NCBI GenBank assembly: GCA_024704765.1
Contig: JAKMXF010000299.1
Location: 1,278,863-1,342,862 of the forward strand
Origin: Oopsacas minuta
Taxonomy: Eukaryota > Animalia > Porifera
Length of the DNA stretch: 64,000 bases
Direction: 5' to 3'
Shown here: in pieces, positions 53,308-64,000 of the stretch
How the letters are laid out: every line of letters begins with the position of its first letter
Numbering within the stretch: the stretch's first letter is position 1
The notes under the pieces: model-generated
Seen by the model: only the letters and a program-made list of their open reading frames with translations
Databases searched by the model: none
Told to the model about the DNA's origin: nothing
Made by a program: the position numbers and the translations under genes

Positions 53308-56300
53308 CACAGTGTGGCATCATATAGAATTAGCTAAATTATTTGTGGTCTCATAACTACCTGTAAATGGTGTAATATTGTTCAAGAGTCTGTCGAGAAT
53401 ACAACTATGTTGTGTTTACTGTGTTTCAGCTTCTATTTGTGAATTTAAATTCTCATTGTCTTTTGACGTAATTTTATAAAGTTTAAACCATTTTCCGAAC
53501 TATAATTACGTTATCATAAATTCTAACAGTAGATGCAATCAAAATGCTTATTTCCTAGTAATTCAATTCGTGTTTCATTTATAAGTATCCCCTATCATAA
53601 CTTTGAACATTAATATCCCCCAAATTAATAGAAATTTTGAGAGAACTCTTTTCGAAGCCCCGAAATTACCAAATTTCGGGATGTATTTCGACATACTCAT
53701 GGGTAGATTTTTAAATGGGTACAATATGGGGCCTCTATATTTTTAACAATGTTAAAGTACTATATTGCCCTTAATTTTATACAATTATTAGCGCCCCATT
53801 CCCCACCCAATGCGAATTTCAATCCAAATTTCCCTGGAACCAGCTCAATTTCAAACTTGTATTATTTATCCGATTAGTATACTTAGTAGACATTATTTCC
53901 TTCGACCAGTTCAATGGATAAGCATTTATTTCACAGAAAGAAGCATACGATATATATAAATCACATGGTTGGAATTGTTCTGGTGCAGCTCGTCAGATAA
54001 TTGAAGTTCATTCCTTGTCAGATGATCTGTTTGAAACCATTCGTTCGAAATTAAGAAATCTTCGAAAATCCAGAGATCATTACCAGAAGATTTACAACTT
54101 AAATGTTTGGGAGGGTATGGAGTTTTATTTAGTCACCTACTTGTAACTCTGGATCACAAATGTCGATTGACACATATGATTCTATCCCTGAGCACCACTC
54201 ATTTATTGAAGAGAATCTAGCAGAGATCAGAAAACCATTATTCAAACTCACAATGAAAGCTGCTCGAAACCGTTTGTACGTTTTGCTAAAGCATATTCAG
54301 TTCGTTGCCCAAAGGGAGCATGTTGACGAGAAGAAAGTTGCTGCTTTAGCTCTGGAATTAATCAGGAATATGACCGAGAAACTTCCAGTATATGCAAAGA
54401 GATAATCACAACAGGAACGTAAGGAAATGTAAAGAAAGTTTCGTTACCTATGTTAAGTTATATAATAGTCTTCTCGAAATTGGAGCATCCAAATACACAC
54501 AATGGAAGAAATTATTGAAACAAGATATCATATTCCCATCGTATAAAGTAATATCGCAATACCGTCAAGAAATTCTCTTTCATGGAGCGTTTTATTTGTC
54601 ACTAACCCTGAAGGTTACTCTATTGGTGTATCAGTTTCTTATTTCGAAATACTCGGACTAACAATTCAACGACATCTTTTAAGCTTCGATTCCATTGTAA
54701 ACAACTCACAATATCCTTTGTCAGTTCGAATTGCAGACGGCCTAGATGGATCATGCTCACACAATTCTTACAACCAAGTGAACTCAAATCTAGGTTTAGA
54801 TACACACAGTATTATTCTATTCAGATTTAAAGTTCTCAGTATATTAATGAGGAAGAAATACTTGCCTTACCTTCCAAAAAACGCAGTAGCATTACCCACC
54901 ACCCTACTTCCGAAATAAACATCTTAGCAGCTTCTCCATTGCATGCGTATCTTTGTGTCTTTAGGTGGTATATGTACTCATATACCACTTAGACGCAAGT
55001 TGTAAAAAGTGGTCACCTCATAGACTCCTTAAATAGAAGGACTAGTATCTGGCAATCTCGGATTACGGAACTTGGGTCCCACTGTATCATTACGCAACGA
55101 CGTCATTGCGTAATAAACATGGCAGGTCATGGAAAGCTTTTGCTTTATCGCCGCTCCTGGCCTCACCTGGCGTCACCTGACGCTGTCCGTAGCTCATGCT
55201 GCTGTATTATGTTTTTTTTTTCAGGTTTGTATTGTAGCTTTACTAGCATTTCTGATGCTGGGAATCATCCAATTTACAACTGCATTTTAAAGGTGGTGTT
55301 GGTATTTACTTTATAATGCCTAAGAAGTGTAACGTATTTGGATGTCGTGGAAATTACAGGTGTGAACCATACACAAAAGTAGTACAATTTCCAAGTGATG
55401 AAGATGAGCGAGATCGTTGAATTATAGTAAACTTAGCTTCAGTTTCTTTGAAATCTGCAAGTCTTCTTTGGTACGCCTCCTGTATCCTACTTTCCTTCTT
55501 GTCATCCAGATATAGTATTTGATAGCTGACAGTAGGGTCAGTCAGATAGCTAGGACAGTTGGGGAAGATGCTAGGGACTGCGCACTTCTTAAGAGCAATT
55601 TTCTTCCTCTCCAAGAATAGCCTCATCAGCAAATGGTCACAATTCAATAGCATTTTAACGAGTATTCCAGAGACGAATTCAAAGGCACAGACTACGTGAA
55701 AAGTGCCCTTGAGGAACCTTGAGGAATTGAGTCGTATGTGTTGCTCTGAACTTCCCCATTATCAATTTTTGTATGTTCAGCTCGGGTTGTTACTTACTGC
55801 ACCAAAAGCCCGTCGTTTTGATAGAAATCTTTATGTTCTTACTGCTGAACTTCATAACATTTCACCAACTGCGTATAGAATGTACGAAAATCTGGTGCTA
55901 TTGCATTACCTCGGAGTAGAACTGTTGAAGAAACTTCTTTCTAATAGTCTACATGATGAAAACTTGAGGCAACTTCTTCGAGAGCTTCAACCCCACCAGC
56001 GTCTTGTAAACATTTTATTTGATGAGGTGAAGCTAGCAGAAACTCTTAGGTACTCTGATGGTCATGTTGTTGGTTATGCTCAAAATAGATCTGGTGACGC
56101 TGAAGTTCTCGCAACACATGCTTTAGTGATCGAGGTTGTATGCCATTTTGGTGGCCTTAAATATATTCTAAGTATTCATCCTGTCGCGAAACTCAATTCA
56201 GATCAACTCAAGGGTATATTACTCGAAGCTCTCGCAGCAGTTAGCAATGCTGGTGACACTACAATTTTTGTATATGTGACAATTGCATACAAATGTCTCA

Positions 56301-57288
56301 GTCTATGCTAAATTAGGTGGAGCTGGTAGAGTGTTTATAGACATCTTAAACACTCACTCTTTTCTCGTTCATGACTTGGTCCATTTATTCAAAAGCATTA
56401 GGAATAACTGGATGACTGTGCCTCATAAGGAACTCGCATTCACAAAAGATGGTAAATCACACATAGCACGTTGGAAAGACATAGAAGCATTTTACATTGA
56501 AGACAGGAAGAACTGCATCCGTTTGACCAAGATTGCATACACAGCTGTGTATACCAAGCCTTTGCAAGACAAAGTGTGCCTTTTGTTTGCTTTGTATACT
56601 GACCTTATTAATTAATTCGTACTAATTTTAGCATTTAAACTGTCATTTTGACTTATATAATCACAACGTATACTATTTTGACTGTGTTTGTCTCGTTACC
56701 CTGCATTTGATTAGAAGAATACACAAATTTTAGATAAATTCCGGCTATTTTGAGTGTTTTAACCTTCAAATGACTTTCTGGTGACCTTATAGATGGTCAA
56801 AAGTATAAAGAATTAATTCCTTGCCCCTCAAAACCCCATGTTAGACACCAAGATGAAGGTTTCAGCATGTGTACAACCCAAGATATGATGGAACCCAAGT
56901 TCCAGGCCCCGAGCATAGGAGATACTAGTCCTTCTATTTAAGGAGTCTATGGGTCACCTACAAGCACAAAAGTACAGGATTCTTTGAAAAGAATAAGATC
57001 AATTATAGAAGGTAAATGTAGTATCAAAATCGATGTTCCATCTAGTCAAGAGGGGACTTCAACAACTGGTAATGTTGCACGAGACTGTTTCCGAGATAAA
57101 AGAGATTTCTTCTGATAGGCTACCTCCGCTATTAACCCAGTTGATAAACCAACCCTTAAAATCATTCAAAACAATCTCTCGGTGGTTTGATGATAGTTAA
57201 CAGCAAAGACCACATTAATTCTCATGGTCTTCAAAATCTTTACAAGGAAACATATGAAATTGTTTTGATTCACTTTCCTTGGGTAATA
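53308..57288 (+). mobile_element. Transib/RAG1-like transposon (5' part); transposase remnant ~53914-57288 split by a P element
   Basis: Starts CACAGTG. Motifs RKPLFKLTMKAARNRL (NBD-like), EIGASKY..IIFPSY, DGLDGS, ITHHP...SPLHAYL, KKWSP|TSTK, GTSTTGNVARDCF and HFPWV. Confidence 0.75.
55019..56951 (+). mobile_element. P-element-like non-autonomous transposon with THAP transposase remnant
   Basis: Perfect 32-bp TIR CATAGACTCCTTAAATAGAAGGACTAGTATCT, perfect 8-bp TSD GGTCACCT. THAP MPKKCNVFGC at 55316; LFDEVK; HDLVHLFKSIRNNW. C-terminus deleted. Confidence 0.95.
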
Positions 57289-57866
57289 AGCCGGATAGAG
57301 AAAAGTTACATCATCGCTTCAACTTCTACCTAAGGCAAAAGTTGCCTTTACTCTTTTCTAGGAAAATGTGGGACATAAAGTTGAAAAATATTTCGAGTTG
57401 ACCCTTACGGTTTTATATTTTTGCTGTGTCACTTTCGCAAACTTGACTTTAAATTGTCCGAATTTTCTAAATCCTTTGACTTAGCCCCTTTAGATATACT
57501 ATTGGTAATAGTAAGTCGCATATTTGCTTTTGAATGGTGAATTAGGCGAGTGTCTATGTCCAAAGATACTCAAGTTATCAAGATATTTTTGCATATTCTA
57601 TCATACCCTAATAATATTATTCACCCCCCATTTTCCCAAAGATTGTCAAATCCATAATTCTCACAAAAAATAGCTATATCCTCACCAAACTTAGTATAAT
57701 TCTGTATTTAGATCCAAATTCATCAATAGATTACGACAAAGAAATTTTACCAACTTTCCTTATCTCTTGTTCTTAACTTAGTTACCATTTATCTAGCATG
57801 GAATTTATGGTCAATTATTATATCGAAATAAAACTCACTCAAATCACTAATATTATAGACTGATTA

Positions 57867-59747
57867 CACAGGCCTACAAAAAAATGTTATATTGCAGTTG
57901 TTTATATTTTGATCACTGATTTAGAATAATTTAGGTGCACTGATTCTGAATATCTATTCAGTTTTTTCTTATCACGACAGGTTTTTTCACAATCATATAG
58001 CAACATTTTCAGAAAAAGTTCGATTTTTTGCCAAAATTCATCATGACTACATATTACAACAATAACATTATGTACATAGTATATATATTCAAATAGTCTT
58101 ATTTACTTATTGGTTTTTAACTAGCCTGTTATTCCTTTTTGTTGATATCTCGAAAAGAAAGTGTTTCAATTCTCCAGACATTTTTTGTTATATCTGTGGT
58201 TATTATACTCCGAAACTTCAGATGCAGAATATTACTGAATTTGTGAATAGAGCTCACCATACGTATTTTAAAGTTAAGCTGGGCGCCCTGGACAAAAGTT
58301 GGGCAACTCATAAGGTCCATAAATTTTGTGTAGAATTATTGAGGTCTTGGAGTAAGGGTAAAGAGAAACACCTCCCTTTCGGAATTCCTATGATTGGGAG
58401 AGAATCAAAAACTCATTTCAATGATTGTTATTTCTGCATGGTAAATGTTATGGGCTGCAAAAAGAGTGACAGACACCTGCTGAATTACCCAAATTGGAAT
58501 CTACTATTCAACCAGTCCCTCATTGAAGTGATCTACCTGTACCAATATTCACAGAGTTTCTCGGACTCTATGATGATGAAGATGGTGCCAATTCGGAAGA
58601 AGTCAATGATCATGACTGTGAATATGATGTCGATTTTCAAGGTCCTTCCTCGGAGCCTTCTCTCTTTAACCAAGCGGAATTAAATGATTTAATTCGTGAC
58701 CTTGACCCCTCTCGAAAGAATCTTCTGAGTTGCTTGTATCTAGATTGAAAGAAAAGAATCTACTCCATCAAGGAACAAAGGTAACATTATATCGTTACAG
58801 GGAGCATGAGTTTCAACAGTATTTCTGCGAAAGGAATGGTTTGGTGTTTTGTCCAAATGTTGAGGGTCCTCTACTGGCAATGGGAGTTCCGAACTACAAT
58901 CCAAGTGACTGGAGGCTGTTTATTGACAGCTTCAAAAGGAGTCTGAAATGTGTATTACTCCATAATGGAAATATATTCGGTTCAATTCCTATAGGATATT
59001 CAGTTAAACTCAAAGAGGAGTATAATTATGTGAAAGAGATATTAGAGGTTATCAACTACTCTGCACATGATTGGGTCATCTGGGTTGATCTCAAAATGGT
59101 CAACTTTCTATTAGGACAACAATCTGGGTTCACTAAGTTCCCCTTGTTTTCTTTGTTATTGGGACAGTAGAGATAGGAACCAGCATTGGATAAGGGAAAA
59201 GTGGCCTCCGAGAGAATGTTTGAAAGTTGGGGACAAAAATGTAATTAATAACCCTCTGGTACATACAAATAAGATAATTCTGCCCCTTCTCCACATTAAG
59301 CTTGGTTTAATGAAGCAATTCATCAAAGCACTGGATAAATACAGACATTGTTTCAAGTATATCCGAAATTATTTTCCAGAAATCAGTGAAGAGAAGAAAA
59401 AGGCAGGGATATTTGAATGTCCACAGATTCGCAAGTTACTTAGAGGCAACAGCTTCAAAGATTCAATGAACCAGGAAGAGAAGAGAGCGTGGCAGGCTTT
59501 CTCTAATGTCGTTTCTAATTTCCTTGGTAATAAAAAGGCATCCAACTACAAAGAACTAGTCACAGAGTTTGTCGACAGCTCTCATGCTCTTGGCTGTAAT
59601 ATGAGTAGTTTAAAATTCATTATTTGAGAGAGCATCTTGATAGATTTCCGGATACTCTAGGTGATATGAGTGAAGAACAAGGTGAACGATTCCATTAAGA
59701 CATAAAAGTGATGGAACAGCGATATCAATGAAGATGGGACACACTTG
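57867..59747 (+). mobile_element. Chapaev3-like element, 3' end lost
   Basis: TTA|CACAGGCC start. Motifs FCYICG, DCYFC, LFIDSFK, VDLK, LHIKLG and EEQGERFH; truncated after RWDTH. Confidence 0.85.
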
Positions 59748-60220
59748 CAGTTTCTCCCATAATTATTGAGACTAACAAAAAGGAGAATATTTTACTTCAC
59801 ATTATTCATTGAATATTTTTCTACTATTATATCGATAACCTCTAACGAATAGATCAATGATTGATTTTTGAACCATTCTCTTCTACCACTAGTCTACACC
59901 TATGACTCATAGACTTGTAGTATGGTGCTAAAAATTCGGGAGTAATAGGATCCTCTTTTCCAATTGGACCAGGCTAGTAAAGTTGTCCTTATATAGCTTT
60001 TGCTTCATCCAACCGAATATATTCTCAATTGGGTTGAGATCAGGACTTTGACTTGGCTTCTCTTTGGTTTTTCTTCATATTTTCTCCATCCAAGCTTTGG
60101 CGAGCTTTGAGATATGTTTTGGGTCGTTATTCCGGATGAGAAACTATTTCTGACTATGAATAACCTCAGCTTGCTCAATCAAATGCCATTCCAATATGTT
60201 GACAAAGAAGGTAGCGTCCA
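59748..60220 (-). mobile_element. Tc1 DD34E C-terminal fragment with probable 3' TIR
   Basis: (Q)NNDPKH...PSQSPDLNPIENIF with 34-residue spacing; CAGTTTCTCCCATAATTATTG at 59748. Confidence 0.7.
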
Positions 60221-60963
60221 TATTCTGCAATTAGTAACGAAATGTTATAGGAGCAAGCAAACCATCAATGTTTTGTCTATCTATTTTTCCAAATATTCCG
60301 CCCATTGTTTTTCGGCTGTCTCTCATTTTAATGAAGAATTGCACATCTTTCTCTACCTTATCACTGTGGCGTGATTTCAGATGATCAATCATTCTTGACG
60401 GCTTCATTCCCTCATTAGAAAATACTTGTTCGCACAACAAACACATTGGGAGTTGTTCATTGGAAGGAGATTTAACAAATCCGTATTTGATATAATCAGC
60501 ACTATACTGTCTACACTTCTTTTACTATTCATTTCTTCGATCGAGTTTATCAATTCCTTTCGGTTTAGATTTCTACGTATGTATTTATAATGAAATTAAA
60601 CAGATTACTAACTATTACGAAGTTTACATTTGTTTGAAGAACAATGAAAATTATATTTCGATTAGGAAAGCCATAGACATTGTAACAAAAGAATTCTTCA
60701 TTCATTTTTAAGGATTAGCTGTTGTTAATAATCACCAAGAGTATTACCACTGTAAATAGCTTTGATAATTGAAGTATTTGCTAGTACCTATTGTTAATGA
60801 ATAATGAGGAATATGATACCACTTTTTTGACCTGAGGTCGTATCTCTGTTTCGCTTTCTATAACCCACAGCGCCCCCCCAGCGCCCCCTTGCTGCGTGGC
60901 CGCCCCCCTACAACCCTTCAGCGCCCCCCAGGGGGGCTCTACGGCCCACTTTGAGAAACACTG
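60221..60963 (-). mobile_element. hAT Charlie/Buster 5' fragment
   Basis: TIR CAGTGTTTCTCAAAGTG, GC-rich GCGCCCCC subterminal repeats, BED finger CLLCEQVFSNEGMKPSRMIDHLKSRH. Confidence 0.85.
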
Positions 60964-61767
60964 TTCTAAATCAACTAGAGTTGATATAGCGAAAGAATTA
61001 ACTGAAGTATTAGTGCGTATCTATAATTTGGCTTCCATACCCACAAAATCAGAGCTCCAAATATAACAATACATCGTTTCTGATATTATTGAGAGAGCAA
61101 AATATTACAGAAAAAGTATCCAAAACAAGCAATATCCTGACCGTGTCCAGCCTATAATTCCGAATTCAATGTCTTGTTCGACGCCTCAAGTTGTAAATGC
61201 CTAATTCAAGAAGCAAAAAAGTTTTGCTCTCTCGATAATTTCAGAAATGATGTACTGTTATATTTGGAGCTCTGATTTTGTGAGTATTGAAGCCAAATTA
61301 TAGATACGCACTAATACTTCAGTTATTTCTTTCGCTATATCATCTAGGTGATTTGGAATCTTCATTTCTAAGCATACTATAATGATTGTATAGATCTAGA
61401 TTTATTGGGAGTAGATTTTCTGGGATGGATCCAGGATGACCAAAACAGGATGAAATACTACAATACTAAGTGTGTATCCTACCATATTCAAAATACATAA
61501 ATTATAGTAATATAATCAGTCTATAATATGAGTGATTTGAGCGAGTTTTTATTTAGATACAATAATTGACCATAAATTCCATGCTAGATAAATGGTAACT
61601 AAGTTAAGAACAAGAGATAAGGAAAGTTGGTAAAATTTCTTTGTCGTAATCTATTGATGAATTTGGATCTAAATACAGAATTATACTATGTTTGGTGAGG
61701 ATATAGCTATTTTTTGTGAGAATTATGCATTTGCCAATCTTCGGAAAAAAGGGGGTTAATAATGTTA

Positions 61768-63904
61768 CACTGGCCAACAACATTTTCTTGGCTGATAAGT
61801 TGAGACTACGTATTTCTAGGTATATCGGGGTCACTGAGTTCGAAAATGGCACTAGTTCTGGTCAATTGGCTCTACTTTTCGTGATATTGTAAAATTATGT
61901 TTTCAGCATCGTGAATCTGTTCACCGATACCATATAGTACGTATGTATTACACTATAACTAGAATTGAACGTACCTAATAAGCAGATAATTTGAGATATA
62001 ATATGATCTGAATACTTATCAATCATCAACGAATGTTCTCTTATATGAATTCCTCTCGTGAGGTTCTTGGGGGCAATCACGCGTAAGGCTCCAGCAGTAA
62101 TCTGCCAATATGTGAGCGTCCCATCCTGATGTCTTGATGGAATCGCGCGCCCTGTTCTTCGCTTAAATCACCAAGATTTTCAGGAAATCTCTCTACATGG
62201 CTATAGAGATAGTGAAGTTTTATGCTCATGCTGGTTGCCAGACTGTGGAGTTCTTGAGCATGCCTTCGACCAGATTCTGGTAGTTAGCCACTTTGGTGTT
62301 GCCTAAGAATCCCTTTACATCATCGACAAAAGGAATACCACGCGGCAGCCTCCACTGCAGTCATGTGTGAGGCGAATTCTTCATCTTTTATCAGTTTTCT
62401 GATTTGTGGCACATCAAAAATTCCTGTCTTAAATTTTCGATACTCAGACCACGATATACTGATCGGAGGTAGTTTGAAACAGGTACCATCTTTGTCCAAT
62501 GCCTTTACGAATTGTTTCATCAGTCCCAACTTGGTATGTAGTGGTGGTTGGATGATACGGTCACGGCTAACTAGTGGCTCGTTAATGATATTCTTTTTCC
62601 CCACGACAATCTTTTGACGAACTGGCCAGTTCTTCTTTTCCCAGTGCACCTCATCCGCTCTGCTGTCCCACAAACAAAGAAAGCATGAGTATTTAGTGTA
62701 GCCACTTTGCTGTCCTAACAGGATATTGACGATTTTCAAGTCCATACACGTGATCCAGTTATGTTCATCATAAACAGCTTTTGTAGGACCATCTTTACAG
62801 TTGCATAGTGCTCTTTCAAGATTACTGAATGGCCGATCGGAACACAGGCAAATTTGTTACCATTATGCAGCAACACGCACTTTAGACTCCGTTTAGAGCT
62901 GTAGATAAATAAACGCCACTCATTTGGATTGTATTGGGACAGTCCCATTGCTGAGAGAAGTCCTGGGATGTTATTACCAAAACACGAAACCGCCTTCTTC
63001 ACTGAAGTAGCGAATGAGTTCTTCCGTCGGTAATAGGTTATCTTGGCTTCACTGTAGAGAACATGGTGTTCACTGAGACGGGAAGCCAGGATCTCTGAAG
63101 TATCTTTTGACAAGCCTAAGTCTCTCACTATGTCGTTGAGCTGCCCCTGTGTGAAAGGGTCCGCTTTACTTATCTGTAACAACTCATTACAGCTATTGCT
63201 GCTGTCAGTGCTGTCCGACGATTCATCAATTGCCTCAGTAAACGCAGTATCAGGTAAGGATGTAAAAACAGTCACCTGAATTTCGCTGCAGTGTGGAATT
63301 GGGCGTCTTGCAGAATGTATATCAGGATAGTGCTACGAATTCTTTTTCTGCAGGTTCCATCCAGACATTTTAACCATGCAGAAGTAGCAGTAATCGTGAT
63401 GGTTCTTGAACTCTCGCCAAAGCATTGGTACCCCAAACTTCATGGATTTGGCTTTTCCTTGGGACCATAGGTGGAGTGTTTCTGTACAATATTTGCACAC
63501 TTTGTGAGGGCTCCATGACTTATCCTGATCGCCTAATTTAATACCAAAGTAAGCCTCAAATGCTATTTTGGTGACATCTCTAATATTAAAACGAAGTTCC
63601 TTTTGCCATATATTCACCACAAATATAGCAAAAGACATCAGGATCATTGAGGCAACAACGTCTAATACATTTTGAACCCATAAAAGGTTCTATGTTGTGA
63701 ACAAATAGTTGTAAATGTTGATGTAAACATACAAACCGAAAATATTTGTGGTATTACCTTAAAATTTAAGGTTGTGTAATATCTAGATAACTAGAGCCAA
63801 TTGAGCAAAACTAATTGTATTTTAGGATACAGCAACCCCGATATACCCCAAAAACATTCCAGCAATCTGAGCAAGAGATAGAAATATTTTTTTGTTGATC
63901 TGCG
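61768..63904 (-). mobile_element. Full-length Chapaev3-like element, decayed transposase ~63647-62020
   Basis: Ends CACTGGCCAACAA / CGCAGATCAACAA (reverse strand), TTA TSD at 61765 and 63905, ~130-bp imperfect subterminal IRs, same transposase motifs as the other copies. Confidence 0.88.
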
Positions 63905-64000
63905 TTATTAGGGTGTGATAGAATATGCAAAAATATCTTGATAACTTGAGTATCTTTGGACATGGAAATTAGCCTAATATACCATTCGAAAACAAATATG

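Larger units (their letters stand above)
57289..64000. mobile_element. Large palindromic foldback element with both arms interrupted; right end beyond the window
   Basis: 57525-57613 pairs with 63905-64000; 57614-57866 with 61513-61764; 60965-61110 with 61220-61360. Left end inferred from the break in the RAG1-like frame. Confidence 0.8.

Noticed and set aside
57620-61759. Apparent piggyBac element (TTCA|CCCCC ... GGGGG|TTAA)
   Set aside because: The inverted repeat continues outward past the TTAA once the Chapaev3 at 61768-63904 is removed, so these are internal positions of a larger foldback.

Overview
AT-rich eukaryotic genomic DNA, very probably animal (inferred from the transposon families and the SPT16 sequence). 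The window is almost entirely nested, mostly decayed DNA transposons: Tc1/mariner (DD34D, DD34E, DD37D, DD37E), four hATs, THAP/P-like elements, four Chapaev3-like elements, two Ginger elements, a Transib/RAG1-like element and four long foldback elements, plus a few LINE/LTR scraps. The only host gene I can support is SPT16 (FACT large subunit), present as two uninterrupted + strand exons (11687-12300, 40480-40597) that join in frame across a 28,179-bp TE-filled intron. The most unusual items are: (1) a 7-exon Ginger1-like element whose integrase appears C-terminally fused to a USP-fold cysteine-protease domain with Cys, His and Asp boxes; (2) a RAG1/Transib-like transposase whose element begins with a perfect RSS heptamer, CACAGTG, and anchors a multi-level nest of insertions; (3) a P-like element with perfect 32-bp TIRs but an internally inverted THAP segment. 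All family assignments are by-eye motif recognition; no database search was run. Coordinates marked ~ are approximate.
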